A DNA stretch of 64,000 nucleotides from a candidate division WWE3 bacterium (GCA_052035175.1 JBPOHV010000001.1:105569-169568); one strand, 5' to 3'; shown: positions 54,015 through 63,586, numbered from the stretch's first letter. Made by a program: numbers and translations. The notes: generated by a model from the sequence alone, not told the origin.

Positions 54015-54713
54015 ATGTATAATCATTGTTATATGTTAAACATGCCGACAGTACAGTCTATATTAAGTAATGTAAGAGACTTTTATGCGTCCTTGGGACA
54101 CATGTTTAGTCAGACCCGCCAGAGTTACTGGCTTGGATGGTTTCAGCTAGAACCATATTTACCGACTGCGCGTATTTTAAACGTATGTGACTTGGGTTGT
54201 GGTAACGGTAGGTATTTTGGGCTTTTGAGGGACTCTTTAGGACTGTCCCTTAAGTATTCAGGTTTCGATACCGAGAAAAGCTTTTTGCAGGAGGCTTCAG
54301 CTAAATACCCGGAAGCGTCTTTTTATGAAAAAGATATTTTTTTAGACCTCGGTGATATAAAGGAAAAATTTGATCTAGTAGTAGGATTTGGTATAACGCA
54401 CCACTTACCTGATGATGAGTTTAGACGCATATGGTTTGCGCAGCTTGCCAATTTACTACATGAAAAGAGTATTCTTGTTCTTACATTTTGGAACTTTCAA
54501 TATGACAAGCGTTTTCAAAAAGCAAGAAAAGTAGGTACTAATGACTATTATTTAAAGTTTAATAATTCAGAAAAGGAAAGATATTTTCATGCATATACTT
54601 CTGATGAAATCGAACACCTATTGCAACCCTATAAAGTAGTGGCCACGTATAAGGCTGATGGAAAGCTTGGCGATTTGAATACTTACTATGTGTTATCATT
54701 AAAAAGTATTTAG
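54015..54713 (+). CDS. Class I SAM-dependent methyltransferase, divergent from elp3.
   Basis: Motif I VCDLGCGNGRY; motif II-like FDLVVGFGITHH. Confidence 0.55.
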   Translation: MYNHCYMLNMPTVQSILSNVRDFYASLGHMFSQTRQSYWLGWFQLEPYLPTARILNVCDLGCGNGRYFGLLRDSLGLSLKYSGFDTEKSFLQEASAKYPEASFYEKDIFLDLGDIKEKFDLVVGFGITHHLPDDEFRRIWFAQLANLLHEKSILVLTFWNFQYDKRFQKARKVGTNDYYLKFNNSEKERYFHAYTSDEIEHLLQPYKVVATYKADGKLGDLNTYYVLSLKSI

Positions 54714-54726
54714 TTAAAGGAGGAAT

Positions 54727-55005
54727 ATGCAAAAAGGCTTATCGAATTTGGTAATAATTATGCTTGTAGTTACTTTATCTCTTGCCACGGTTGGCTGGTA
54801 TGTATATAGTCAGTACCTCAAAAGCGCAGTAATACCAGAACTAACTGATTCTCCTTCGGTCAATGTACCTTCAATAGCAAATACGCAAGTGCCTGAATTG
54901 AAAACTGATGATGATGTAAAGGTTGAAATAGAAGCTTTATTAAAGTCTGATCTCGATCAACTGGAAGCAGAGCTAGATATCGATATTGATGATTTAGAAA
55001 TGTAG
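54727..55005 (+). CDS. Small membrane-anchored acidic protein.
   Basis: 92 aa with an N-terminal TM helix; RBS AAGGAGG upstream. Confidence 0.3.
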   Translation: MQKGLSNLVIIMLVVTLSLATVGWYVYSQYLKSAVIPELTDSPSVNVPSIANTQVPELKTDDDVKVEIEALLKSDLDQLEAELDIDIDDLEM

Positions 55006-55032
55006 CTTTCTTAAATACAATAACTTCTAGAT

Positions 55033-56145
55033 TTATTTTGCGCGTTCGACAGTATAAGACGCGATTCCTATGAGATAGTCGAATGCATCTTTGTTCCACC
55101 AATCTTGCTTTGCATTTGTAAGCGCTGTTTGCGCTTGTGTAACGAGTTGTTTGGCGAGTTGTTTTGAATATTCGTATGAGCCTGTATCTTCAATTATTTT
55201 TTTAACGATGGCATGTTCGGCTTCGGTCACATCGTGTTTGCCCAAATATTTTCGTAAAGTTTCTTTTTGTTCTGATGTCCCATTTTCCAAAGCTTTATGA
55301 ATCAAAAGTGTGTACTTACCTTCTTTGAGATCATCCATTGCAGATTTGCCCATTTCGCTTGGATCACCAAACATTCCTAGGACATCATCCCAGATTTGAA
55401 ATGCTATTCCACCTGGAATAGCGTATTGGGTTAATGCGTCTAATGTTGCTTGATCTGATACATTTGCCAATAAAGCGCCACAATGAATTGGGTTTTCATA
55501 TGTGTATACACCAGTTTTAAGTCGAAGCATACCCAATAACTCATCATAAGTTACATCTGCTCTTGCTGTATTCAAAATATCTTCATATTGTCCAAATGCA
55601 GTAATTTTATCTTTTTCATTTATATTCCACATCAAATTTCTCAAGGTTTTTTCATCAACTTGTAATTGAGCCAGTTTCATTTCGGCCATATGACAACACA
55701 TCATGCTAGTTAGCATTGCAAATGAATTTGCTAAATGTTGTGGGGTTTTGCTGTGAAAATCCTGTGTTACTTGGTAATCATGAAACATTACATGTGCTGT
55801 AGGTTTACCTCGCCTTTTATCTGACATATCCATAAAGTCGTCTACCATTAAAATGTATGCATGAAATAATTCAATAATTATGCCTAAATCGATTGCCAGT
55901 GCATCTGTTTTTCCGGCCAAGAGTTTATATGTGAAATATACGAATGCTGCTCGCACACGTTTGGCATCTCTTGTTGTTATATCTTTAATTATGTCAAAAC
56001 TTAGTTGTATATGGGGTTCGTTTCGAGTTTCTGTAAATTGTTTAGTTTCATCATCAAAATAACTTATAATGTATGGTTCGAATTGTTGTTGAAACTCTTT
56101 TATTTTTTGCTTCCCGTATTGCGCTTCGGGAGAAAGTTCTGCCAT
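55033..56145 (-). CDS. Polyprenyl (isoprenyl) diphosphate synthase.
   Basis: First DDxxD (MVDDFMDMSD) and second DDxxD (IWDDVLGMFGD) aspartate-rich motifs. Confidence 0.75.
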   Translation of the reverse strand: MAELSPEAQYGKQKIKEFQQQFEPYIISYFDDETKQFTETRNEPHIQLSFDIIKDITTRDAKRVRAAFVYFTYKLLAGKTDALAIDLGIIIELFHAYILMVDDFMDMSDKRRGKPTAHVMFHDYQVTQDFHSKTPQHLANSFAMLTSMMCCHMAEMKLAQLQVDEKTLRNLMWNINEKDKITAFGQYEDILNTARADVTYDELLGMLRLKTGVYTYENPIHCGALLANVSDQATLDALTQYAIPGGIAFQIWDDVLGMFGDPSEMGKSAMDDLKEGKYTLLIHKALENGTSEQKETLRKYLGKHDVTEAEHAIVKKIIEDTGSYEYSKQLAKQLVTQAQTALTNAKQDWWNKDAFDYLIGIASYTVERAK

Positions 56146-56165
56146 TTTATTAAATTTTTATCAGG

Positions 56166-56864
56166 TTATTTACCAAAATTTCTTTGTACGCTTTCAAAAT
56201 AATCGATTGCTTTTTTAAGTTCATTTTTATCGAATGCAGGAAACATTACATCGGTAAAATATAATTCAGCATAAGTACCTTGCCATGGCATAATTCCGCT
56301 GAGTCTGTTGTGTGCGCCAGTACGAATAATCAAATCTGGATCTGGCATGTCTTTTGTATCCAAACAATTAGAAAAATTTTCTTCTGTGATTTCTAAGTTT
56401 TGTTCTTTCAACTTGGTGATTGCTCGTAAGATTTCGTCTCGTCCACCATAGTCTACTGCTAATGCAAAATTGAATCCAACAAAATCTTTACTAACGTCTT
56501 CGACTTCTTCTATGTCTTTGACAACGTCTACTGGTAAGCGATCTTTTCTACCTATATGCCTATATTTAATTTTTTCTTCCACACACTTTTTTTTGTATTT
56601 GGTAGAAAATTCACGGGCTAGTTCCATCATGTATTCAAATTCGTCAGAGCGTTTTTCCCGATTTTCTGTAGACAAAACCCAACATGTAAGATATTCAACA
56701 CCCAGGTCTCGCGCGGCATTGACTAATATTTCGATATTCTCAACACCCTTACGATGACCAAATATTTTTGGTTGATTATTTGCGGCAGCCCAGCGGCGAT
56801 TTCCATCACAGACTATTACTATATGTTTGGGAGGTTTCACAGATTCATTTAATTTTTCTGACAT
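56166..56864 (-). CDS. uppS: Undecaprenyl diphosphate synthase (cis-prenyltransferase).
   Basis: HIVIVCDGNRRWA N-terminal motif and a conserved C-terminal region. Confidence 0.85.
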   Translation of the reverse strand: MSEKLNESVKPPKHIVIVCDGNRRWAAANNQPKIFGHRKGVENIEILVNAARDLGVEYLTCWVLSTENREKRSDEFEYMMELAREFSTKYKKKCVEEKIKYRHIGRKDRLPVDVVKDIEEVEDVSKDFVGFNFALAVDYGGRDEILRAITKLKEQNLEITEENFSNCLDTKDMPDPDLIIRTGAHNRLSGIMPWQGTYAELYFTDVMFPAFDKNELKKAIDYFESVQRNFGK

Positions 56865-56897
56865 ATTATTAATAAACCTTCTTTTATGAAGTTAAAT

Positions 56898-56984
56898 TCA
56901 TTTTGAGGTTACTCGCTTTAGTTTGCGTTTACCTTTGCGTGCTTTGCGCCTAGTTGTTCTTCCATTTCTTTTTAAGTCTGGCAT
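56898..56984 (-). CDS. Possible 28-aa highly basic peptide upstream of uppS.
   Basis: Hand translation: MPDLKRNGRTTRRKARKGKRKLKRVTSK. No RBS evaluated. Speculative. Confidence 0.2.
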   Translation of the reverse strand: MPDLKRNGRTTRRKARKGKRKLKRVTSK

Positions 56985-57056
56985 AACACCGTTATTTTCT
57001 CATAAACTTTAACTAAAGCAATATATGTTCGGGTAACCTTTGGTATAATGCTTTTT

Positions 57057-57695
57057 ATGAGGATTGTGGTTGGTAATAAAACAAAAGAATTTTCAAGTGG
57101 CGATTTGGCTTTATTTCTAAAGCCAAATCGCCCAGTAGCTATAGATCTGGGTACAGGAGATGGTCGATTTGTCTATAAAAATGCACTAAAAAGTCTAGAG
57201 ACGCTATATATTGGCGTCGACCCAAGTGAAAAACAACTCGCAATTTATTCTAAGCAAGCACAAAAAAAGAAATTACTTAATGTTTTATTTATTGTTTCTT
57301 CAGTTGATGCACTTCCCATCGAATTAACAAATCTAGCTAATACCGTATATATAAATTTACCCTGGGGAAGACTGCTGGAAGCTGTTGTTAAGGTAGATAG
57401 TGGTATGAAAGATGTGATAAATCTGCTAGTTCCCGATGGTAATTTGGAAATAGTTCTAGGTTATGATCAATCTCTAGAACCAACTGAAACTGCTCGGTTG
57501 CACTTGCCGGAAATAAACTTAACTTATATAAACCAACATATTATTCCAAAAATGCAATTGTTGGGGTTTTCTCTAGTCGAAAGTGTGACTTTGGAGAAGG
57601 ATGTAATAAAGCAGATTGATACTACTTGGGCTAAAAAATTGGCTTTCGGGAAAGAACGTCCAATTTACAAACTCGTCTTCAAAAAGTCTCGCTAG
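57057..57695 (+). CDS. NpmA/KamB-family-like 16S rRNA (adenine1408-N1)-methyltransferase homolog.
   Basis: IDLGTGDGRFVYK SAM motif; YIGVDP; LPIELTNLA...NLPWGRLLE; C-terminal TTWAKKLAFGKER. Two Trp at positions analogous to NpmA W107/W197, recalled from memory. TATAAT at 57044-57049 overlaps the alternative ATG at 57048. Confidence 0.5.
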   Translation: MRIVVGNKTKEFSSGDLALFLKPNRPVAIDLGTGDGRFVYKNALKSLETLYIGVDPSEKQLAIYSKQAQKKKLLNVLFIVSSVDALPIELTNLANTVYINLPWGRLLEAVVKVDSGMKDVINLLVPDGNLEIVLGYDQSLEPTETARLHLPEINLTYINQHIIPKMQLLGFSLVESVTLEKDVIKQIDTTWAKKLAFGKERPIYKLVFKKSR

Positions 57696-57787
57696 AAGAG
57701 CTAAACCCGTTGTATGCTGCACATATTGCCCGGGTTTGTCGCTCAATAAGAACGTTGTTAAGTGATTAATACTTTTTGTTAATTCAC

Positions 57788-58285
57788 TTATTTTTTAGTT
57801 TCTACAACTATGCTTTTGGCTAACATATCGTGCCAAGTTTGCTTGTTTGGATTCCAAAGCATCCATAAATAACCCAATCCCAAAGCTAGGCCAGATAATA
57901 GTTTACCTACTACTTCACGGAGTATTGCGTGTATAACATCAAGGTTTTGACCTGTTGTAATATCTTGAACCCTGATTCCAAGTGCCATTTTTCCTACTGT
58001 TGCTCCGTATTTGTGTATCATGAATACATAATAAACAAATCCTACAAGAGTTCCGAGTGGATTCATAGTTGTTGTTGTTGCGGTATTAGCTGCTGGTGTA
58101 GTACCGGTTAATGCTGCCAATACTGATCCTACAATTCCAATAAGTATTGCATCTATTAATACTGCTAAAAATCTTTTACCAAATGATGCATATACTAATG
58201 TTGTTGCTTCTGTAGCCATTGGTTGTGCTGGCATTGACATTGTATTCATTTGATTTTGTTCTGTTGTCATCGGTGTTTCTTCCAT
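57788..58285 (-). CDS. RDD-family membrane protein.
   Basis: RFLAVLIDAILIGIVGSVLAAL with three TM helices; 165 aa. Confidence 0.55.
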   Translation of the reverse strand: MEETPMTTEQNQMNTMSMPAQPMATEATTLVYASFGKRFLAVLIDAILIGIVGSVLAALTGTTPAANTATTTTMNPLGTLVGFVYYVFMIHKYGATVGKMALGIRVQDITTGQNLDVIHAILREVVGKLLSGLALGLGYLWMLWNPNKQTWHDMLAKSIVVETKK

Positions 58286-58291
58286 TATTTA

Positions 58292-58609
58292 TCACCCCCT
58301 GATCTCTGTAACCATACCTGAATTACCTGCATGTTCTGGTGAAGCTTCTATATCCATATTTATGCCGCCTGATATTTTAAGTCCTAGATTGAGTAAAATT
58401 CCAGAAATTAATCCTCCCAAGAGTCCGACCGCACCATAAAATATAGGCGAGACCACCAAGAGCATAAGTACGAGTAAAGCACCTCCTGGTATGCCCGGTC
58501 TTGATAAGATAGATATTCCCATAAGTATTGCTATTGCAAGTCCAAAAATAGTTAGTATTGCTGCGTATGTCTTTGCTAGTGTCCAAACTTCTACTTTTTT
58601 AAAAATCAT
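58292..58609 (-). CDS. Small hypothetical membrane protein.
   Basis: 105 aa with 3 TM helices; 6-nt gap to the RDD gene. Confidence 0.3.
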   Translation of the reverse strand: MIFKKVEVWTLAKTYAAILTIFGLAIAILMGISILSRPGIPGGALLVLMLLVVSPIFYGAVGLLGGLISGILLNLGLKISGGINMDIEASPEHAGNSGMVTEIRG

Positions 58610-58675
58610 AAAAAACTCCTTAAAAGTCTTTATACTTCAAATTAATTGTTTCATAAAAGATGCTAGAATACCAGC

Positions 58676-59116
58676 ATGCATGGTTTAGCAGCTTTACCTA
58701 ATATAGATGAGTTAAATCACGCGCAAGACTTGATTCTTGAGCATAAGAAAAGAGTGAATTCAGTACTTGACGCAGCATATGAGCTAGGCGGTATAGAAAA
58801 TGCTCCATTATCTATGATGAATGATTGGTATGGTGGTTGTACAGATATGCTTGCTTTAGATAGTAGAGTTTTATTGCCTATGGAAGATTACTATATATCT
58901 TTGAGCAAGCAGGCTATGACAGTTTTTAATGGTTTTTCATTTAATAAAGAACTTGATGACCATACATTAGAATTGCTTGGTATACATGCAAGAAATATTG
59001 CGCATTTACAAAATCACCTTCAAATCTTGGATGATGGAGATCCTATACGGGAGCAATTAGCTACTGAGCTGACTCTTGAAAATGACGCAGTTGCAAAACT
59101 AGTAGCTACAAATTAG
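58676..59116 (+). CDS. Hypothetical protein.
   Basis: 146-aa ORF; no motifs. Confidence 0.35.
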   Translation: MHGLAALPNIDELNHAQDLILEHKKRVNSVLDAAYELGGIENAPLSMMNDWYGGCTDMLALDSRVLLPMEDYYISLSKQAMTVFNGFSFNKELDDHTLELLGIHARNIAHLQNHLQILDDGDPIREQLATELTLENDAVAKLVATN

Positions 59117-59154
59117 AATGCTCTGGTAAGTCATCGGGGTAGAAGAGCTTGCTC

Positions 59155-59231
59155 CGGGGTATGGCGCAGTTGGCTAGCGCGCAGGGCTGGGGGTCCTGAG
59201 GCCAGAGGTTCGAGTCCTCTTACCCCGACCA
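59155..59231 (+). tRNA. tRNA-Pro (anticodon GGG), including CCA.
   Basis: Hand-folded: acceptor CGGGGTA/TACCCCG; D-stem GCGC/GCGC; anticodon stem CAGGG/TCCTG with loop CTGGGGG; T-arm AGAGGTTCGAGTCCTCT; discriminator A; CCA. Confidence 0.85.
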
Positions 59232-59238
59232 TTAAAAT

Positions 59239-60210
59239 TTATAAATAATTATCCTCCATCCAATTTCTAAACCCAACTTTCTTTTCTGCTGTCCTTTGAT
59301 TCCATTCCCAATTTAATATTCTATCCACAATTAAAAAAGCAGGAAGTCTATTCTTAACTCCCAGAATCTCTAAATTGCTTCGACGTGCGTATTCTTCTAC
59401 AAAGTAATTACCTAGCTCTAGCTTACTGTAATCAAGCAACATGCAATACGTACGTGCAAGATCAGATTCACCATAGCCTATGTAAAGCTCCATAAGATCA
59501 AACAATCCGCTTACAACCCAATCATTTGCAGTTTCTTTTAATGCAAGATTTTCTAGTTTAAAGTCTTGCATAACACAAACACCTTTAGTTAGGGTTAAAT
59601 TTTGAAGTCTTTCTGCTACTAAACTTTTTGCCCATTCTTGATCTTCCTTTATGTTAGGGCTACCAGATACTTTAGCTTTTTCGAATCTTGATTCTATGTG
59701 ATCTAATAAAAACTCTAAGTAGCCATTTTCAAAAGGCTTTATCGTATTAGTTCTTAAATCATATTTTCCTGGAAATTCCCAAGTGAATGTTTGCATTTTA
59801 ACAAGGCATTCCACAAGCGCGTTTAATATATTTCTTTGATCGTTAAGCGAATAAGCTGTAACAAATTCTTTGATAGTTAAAGAAACTCCTGGCATTTTAG
59901 GCATAATCACATATGACCACCCAAATATTTCTTCTGACATATCTAAAATATAGGGGTAGGGAACAGGTGTAGAAGTTTTCTTGTAAAGATTATCAGCAAA
60001 AAATTTTTCTGAAGAGAATTGCCATTCATAGTGAGGGCAACCTCTAAAAACAAATTCTCCCTCGTTCGTGGTAACGAAAAAGTTCTGCCCAAATAGGCCC
60101 TCTCTAATTGGTAAAGCCTTTTCTAGAGTACCTAGCCTAAACTTGTTGAGTGCTTCTTGAATTTGGGAATCGTCAATAAATCCCAATCTTTCTGAATACT
60201 TTGTTTTCAT
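59239..60210 (-). CDS. Phosphotransferase-family (APH/ChoK-like) kinase.
   Basis: Catalytic-loop-like VMQDFKLENL (Brenner-type xDxxxxN) and DFG-like DLMELYIGYGESDLA; 323 aa. Confidence 0.5.
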   Translation of the reverse strand: MKTKYSERLGFIDDSQIQEALNKFRLGTLEKALPIREGLFGQNFFVTTNEGEFVFRGCPHYEWQFSSEKFFADNLYKKTSTPVPYPYILDMSEEIFGWSYVIMPKMPGVSLTIKEFVTAYSLNDQRNILNALVECLVKMQTFTWEFPGKYDLRTNTIKPFENGYLEFLLDHIESRFEKAKVSGSPNIKEDQEWAKSLVAERLQNLTLTKGVCVMQDFKLENLALKETANDWVVSGLFDLMELYIGYGESDLARTYCMLLDYSKLELGNYFVEEYARRSNLEILGVKNRLPAFLIVDRILNWEWNQRTAEKKVGFRNWMEDNYL

Positions 60211-60397
60211 AAAACAATCTTAACAGATAAGCTTTAATTAATAGTAATAATAGCAAATTAGTACCAGTGGTTTCTTAGGTTTTTAAGTAAATTATCTAGT
60301 TGCTGTATATTTATTCTTTCTGTTTTTGATAATCAGTTCTTTTTAAAAACGCGTATCAAAATGTGTCGAACTAACCGTAACAGGTATAATAGGTTTA

Positions 60398-61300
60398 GTG
60401 GAAATTAACTTTGAGACAAATAAAAACTTAATAGCTGTTTTTTCATTATTAAACAGATTCAATCAAGCATTTGGAGAACCAAAACATCCTCTTCGTAAAG
60501 AAATAATAAACCATTTCAAAAACTATTTAGGAGAAGCACCTAAAGTTGAAGATTACATTCATGAATATAAATTAGTTGTGTATTCCCTTTCTGTAACAAA
60601 CATACCAGAATTAAAAATGAAAACACAACTTTCAGAAGAATCTATATGGCAGGCTAAGATAGGAGAAACTATAAAACCTTACTTACTAGATTTTTATAAC
60701 AATACAGATTTCGAGAAATATTATGGGCAGTACATTACGCTACAACTAGAGAACATTGTAATAAATTACAGGAGTATTGTTGAAGCACTAAACTTAACCC
60801 AAATATTAACTACTACTTGGAAAACTAATGTGGAGTATTCTTTGAATATAGTAACTAATCCACTTACCCGTGGATCTTTCGGACCAACCATAAGAGGTAT
60901 AAATTACCAAGTAATTGGTGAAGTAAGCGATAGCTACTTACCGGAACTTATATTACACGAAGGATCTCATCCACTTGCAAAGAGATTTATTGAACCATAT
61001 GCGGTTGATATAGAAAAGTATTCTTATCTACTAGAATTTGCACAAGCACATCCAAAATATTCAGAAGCTTACAATTCTTGGAACACTTGTTTTGAAGAAC
61101 ATTTAATTAGGGCTGTTCAAGTAGGATTATTAAATCCAATGCTACATAAAAGTTTTGATATAGATGCGAGTTTAAGACTTGAAAAGAGTAGCAAAGGTAT
61201 GGTCTTTATAGACACATTTTATTCTGAAATAAAAAATGGGTTATCTGATAAAACTGTAGGTAATATTTTAAATTCACTGAATCAAATCTTCAGTGATTAA
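60398..61300 (+). CDS. Hypothetical protein with an HExxH zinc-metallopeptidase-like motif.
   Basis: LILHEGSHPLAKRF at about residue 185; 300 aa. Confidence 0.4.
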   Translation: MEINFETNKNLIAVFSLLNRFNQAFGEPKHPLRKEIINHFKNYLGEAPKVEDYIHEYKLVVYSLSVTNIPELKMKTQLSEESIWQAKIGETIKPYLLDFYNNTDFEKYYGQYITLQLENIVINYRSIVEALNLTQILTTTWKTNVEYSLNIVTNPLTRGSFGPTIRGINYQVIGEVSDSYLPELILHEGSHPLAKRFIEPYAVDIEKYSYLLEFAQAHPKYSEAYNSWNTCFEEHLIRAVQVGLLNPMLHKSFDIDASLRLEKSSKGMVFIDTFYSEIKNGLSDKTVGNILNSLNQIFSD

Positions 61301-61812
61301 AATATCGACAAGAATAAATTAGTACCAAAGCCGACCAAAACATATCTACAAAATTTACCAACAAATAAAGGTATTGCATATTTTTTGAATGATAAATCTA
61401 AATACCCTGCAATTAGTCCTATAAAATCATATGGGATGGGTAGCACAGCAAAGACAAATAAAGTCCAATAACCGTATTTGTTCACCCAGTTTTCTACAAT
61501 CAAAACTTTTTTACTTTTACTAATAAACACATCGGCATTTCTGCCCACGATGTATGCCAACGTATCATTTACGACTACACCAGCAGCAGCGACAGCTGAA
61601 AGAATAAAAATATTATAATGTTGAGACATTGTTGGAATAATTACAGTTACAGGTCCAAAAATACCATATAAAAAAACTCCCCAGTACCCAGTCTCTAAAA
61701 ATTGTGTTGGATTGAATGAAATAAAAATGCTTCCAATAGCAAGAATGACTCCTATTATTACAGTAGCTTTTTTAAAGCTATTGCTTTGAATTACATGTAG
61801 GAGTTTTTCCAT
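61297..61812 (-). CDS. DedA/VTT-domain small membrane protein.
   Basis: AYIVGRNADVF...VLPIPYDFIGLIAGY pattern with four TM helices. Confidence 0.5.
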   Translation of the reverse strand: MEKLLHVIQSNSFKKATVIIGVILAIGSIFISFNPTQFLETGYWGVFLYGIFGPVTVIIPTMSQHYNIFILSAVAAAGVVVNDTLAYIVGRNADVFISKSKKVLIVENWVNKYGYWTLFVFAVLPIPYDFIGLIAGYLDLSFKKYAIPLFVGKFCRYVLVGFGTNLFLSIF

Positions 61813-61872
61813 ACGCTAAGTATATATGTTGTAAACAAGCGTGTCTCAATTTGCTAAAATAGCATCAGAGAG

Positions 61873-62424
61873 ATGAATAAAGTGAAAAAGAAGTGTGTTT
61901 TTTTAATAACAATATTTTTAGCATTTGCTATTTTGTTTTATCAAATATTTTATGGGTATTTATTTTTATTCTTTTATACACGTTCTGATGGTGGCAACTG
62001 GTTTGTTAGGGCTTATGCTGATCAGATAGATCCTTGGACATTTAGAGTTACAAAAAAACCTCGACCACTTTCATTTAATTTTATAAATGCCCAAGATAAG
62101 GATTCTATATGGTTAAACTATGGCGGTGATATTGGACCAATTAGTTTGCATGGTCTTGATACTAAAACATTTGAATTTATAAATGGAACCCAATGTTATG
62201 ACTGCTATGCCAAAGATAAAAATCACGTGTTTTACATTATGGATCGTATTTTTAATAAAAAGTTAGATGAAACTCATCCAGGTACGTTATTCCCACAATA
62301 TGTGGCAGAAAATAATAATGCTTTTATTATAGAGAGCGCTGATATAGAAACTTTCAAAGATCTTGGCGATGGTTTTGGTGAAGACAAAGTGCGAACTTAT
62401 TATCGAGGGATTCCAGTAGAATAA
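61873..62424 (+). CDS. DKNYY-family domain protein with an N-terminal TM helix.
   Basis: CYDCYAKDKNHVFY and DKVRTYYRGIPV repeats (DKNYY-like). Confidence 0.45.
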   Translation: MNKVKKKCVFLITIFLAFAILFYQIFYGYLFLFFYTRSDGGNWFVRAYADQIDPWTFRVTKKPRPLSFNFINAQDKDSIWLNYGGDIGPISLHGLDTKTFEFINGTQCYDCYAKDKNHVFYIMDRIFNKKLDETHPGTLFPQYVAENNNAFIIESADIETFKDLGDGFGEDKVRTYYRGIPVE

Positions 62425-62440
62425 TATGTATAATTAACAT

Positions 62441-63586
62441 ATGCATTATGTTAAATACCTAATCATTGTTTTAGGCGTATTGTGTGGCATTGCGTTGGCT
62501 TCTACCTTTACCAATAACAAAGTCTGTGGGTGGGAAGGTGGTAAATCTTGGCCGTGCCTATGTTTGGGTTCCACCACGTTATCAAATAGTAATCCAAGTT
62601 TAAAGATAGCGTATTGTACAGGCTTAAATTTGAGTTGTAGTTCTACAGCTCTCAAATTTAACTCATTTCTAGATTTCAATAATGCAGAAATGCCGCTATC
62701 TTGTATAAAGACTGCACTTGATATGATGCCTCAATCATCTAAACCTACAAAGACATTAGATTCCGCTCCAAAAATAGAAGAGAAATATTATGTAGTATCA
62801 CCAAATGGAGAGTATAAATTATCAATAGAATCGCTTTCTGGTGAATGTACGTATAAATTAAAATCTGTGACTAATGACGCTATAAACTTTGGTTCTTCTA
62901 TTGGTTGTACCGTTGTACCAGTTGGAGGTATGTCTGGCTATGTTAGTAATCTTGTAGTTTGGCTAGATAACACACATGTTTTTTTGAATGATCCAACTGC
63001 ACGAAAATTGATTCTCATTTCAATAAATAATACCGGTTTACAGACAGATACGATTAATTATTCTGGTATATACGCCGAAGTTGTTGGAGTAAGTAATGAT
63101 AGTTCAAAAATATTGTGGGGTTCTACTTATTCAACTAGTAACCCTGAATACTTATATACTTTGACTGATATTAACTTAAAGGTACTCAAAACTGTTAATG
63201 TAGATCAAGCTAACTTGGAATCATTGTCTACTTTATTTGTTCCGGATAGCAATGGTGTTTTATTTTTAAAGAAATTTGAAACTGCCGATTTCACACCTGC
63301 TTCGGTTATATCGCTTATTGACGAAAACAATGGGTGTCAATGTAAACCTGAAGATCCTGGCTGTACATTGCAGTGGTTTGAATTTGACTATTTTAATTTT
63401 GATACGCAAGTTTTAAAAACAGTTCTTTTATCTAGCAAAGATTTAGCCACAGAATGTGGTCGCGGATGTTATGGCCCATTAGTAGTAGACGCTGATGATA
63501 AAAATATCACGCTAAAGTTTGATTGTGGGCATGTCGATAAAAAGTTTTATGATGAAAAAGGTCAAATTAATTTAAACTTACCGTAA
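62441..63586 (+). CDS. Cys-rich secreted hypothetical protein.
   Basis: Signal peptide MHYVKYLIIVLGVLCGIALAS; at least 12 Cys; 381 aa. Confidence 0.4.
   Translation: MHYVKYLIIVLGVLCGIALASTFTNNKVCGWEGGKSWPCLCLGSTTLSNSNPSLKIAYCTGLNLSCSSTALKFNSFLDFNNAEMPLSCIKTALDMMPQSSKPTKTLDSAPKIEEKYYVVSPNGEYKLSIESLSGECTYKLKSVTNDAINFGSSIGCTVVPVGGMSGYVSNLVVWLDNTHVFLNDPTARKLILISINNTGLQTDTINYSGIYAEVVGVSNDSSKILWGSTYSTSNPEYLYTLTDINLKVLKTVNVDQANLESLSTLFVPDSNGVLFLKKFETADFTPASVISLIDENNGCQCKPEDPGCTLQWFEFDYFNFDTQVLKTVLLSSKDLATECGRGCYGPLVVDADDKNITLKFDCGHVDKKFYDEKGQINLNLP

Noticed and set aside
57048-57056. Upstream ATG (MLFMRIV...) as the start of the NpmA-like gene.
   Set aside because: That ATG overlaps the TATAAT -10 element at 57044-57049. 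The ATG at 57057 is 8 nt after the -10, consistent with a leaderless start. Both remain possible.
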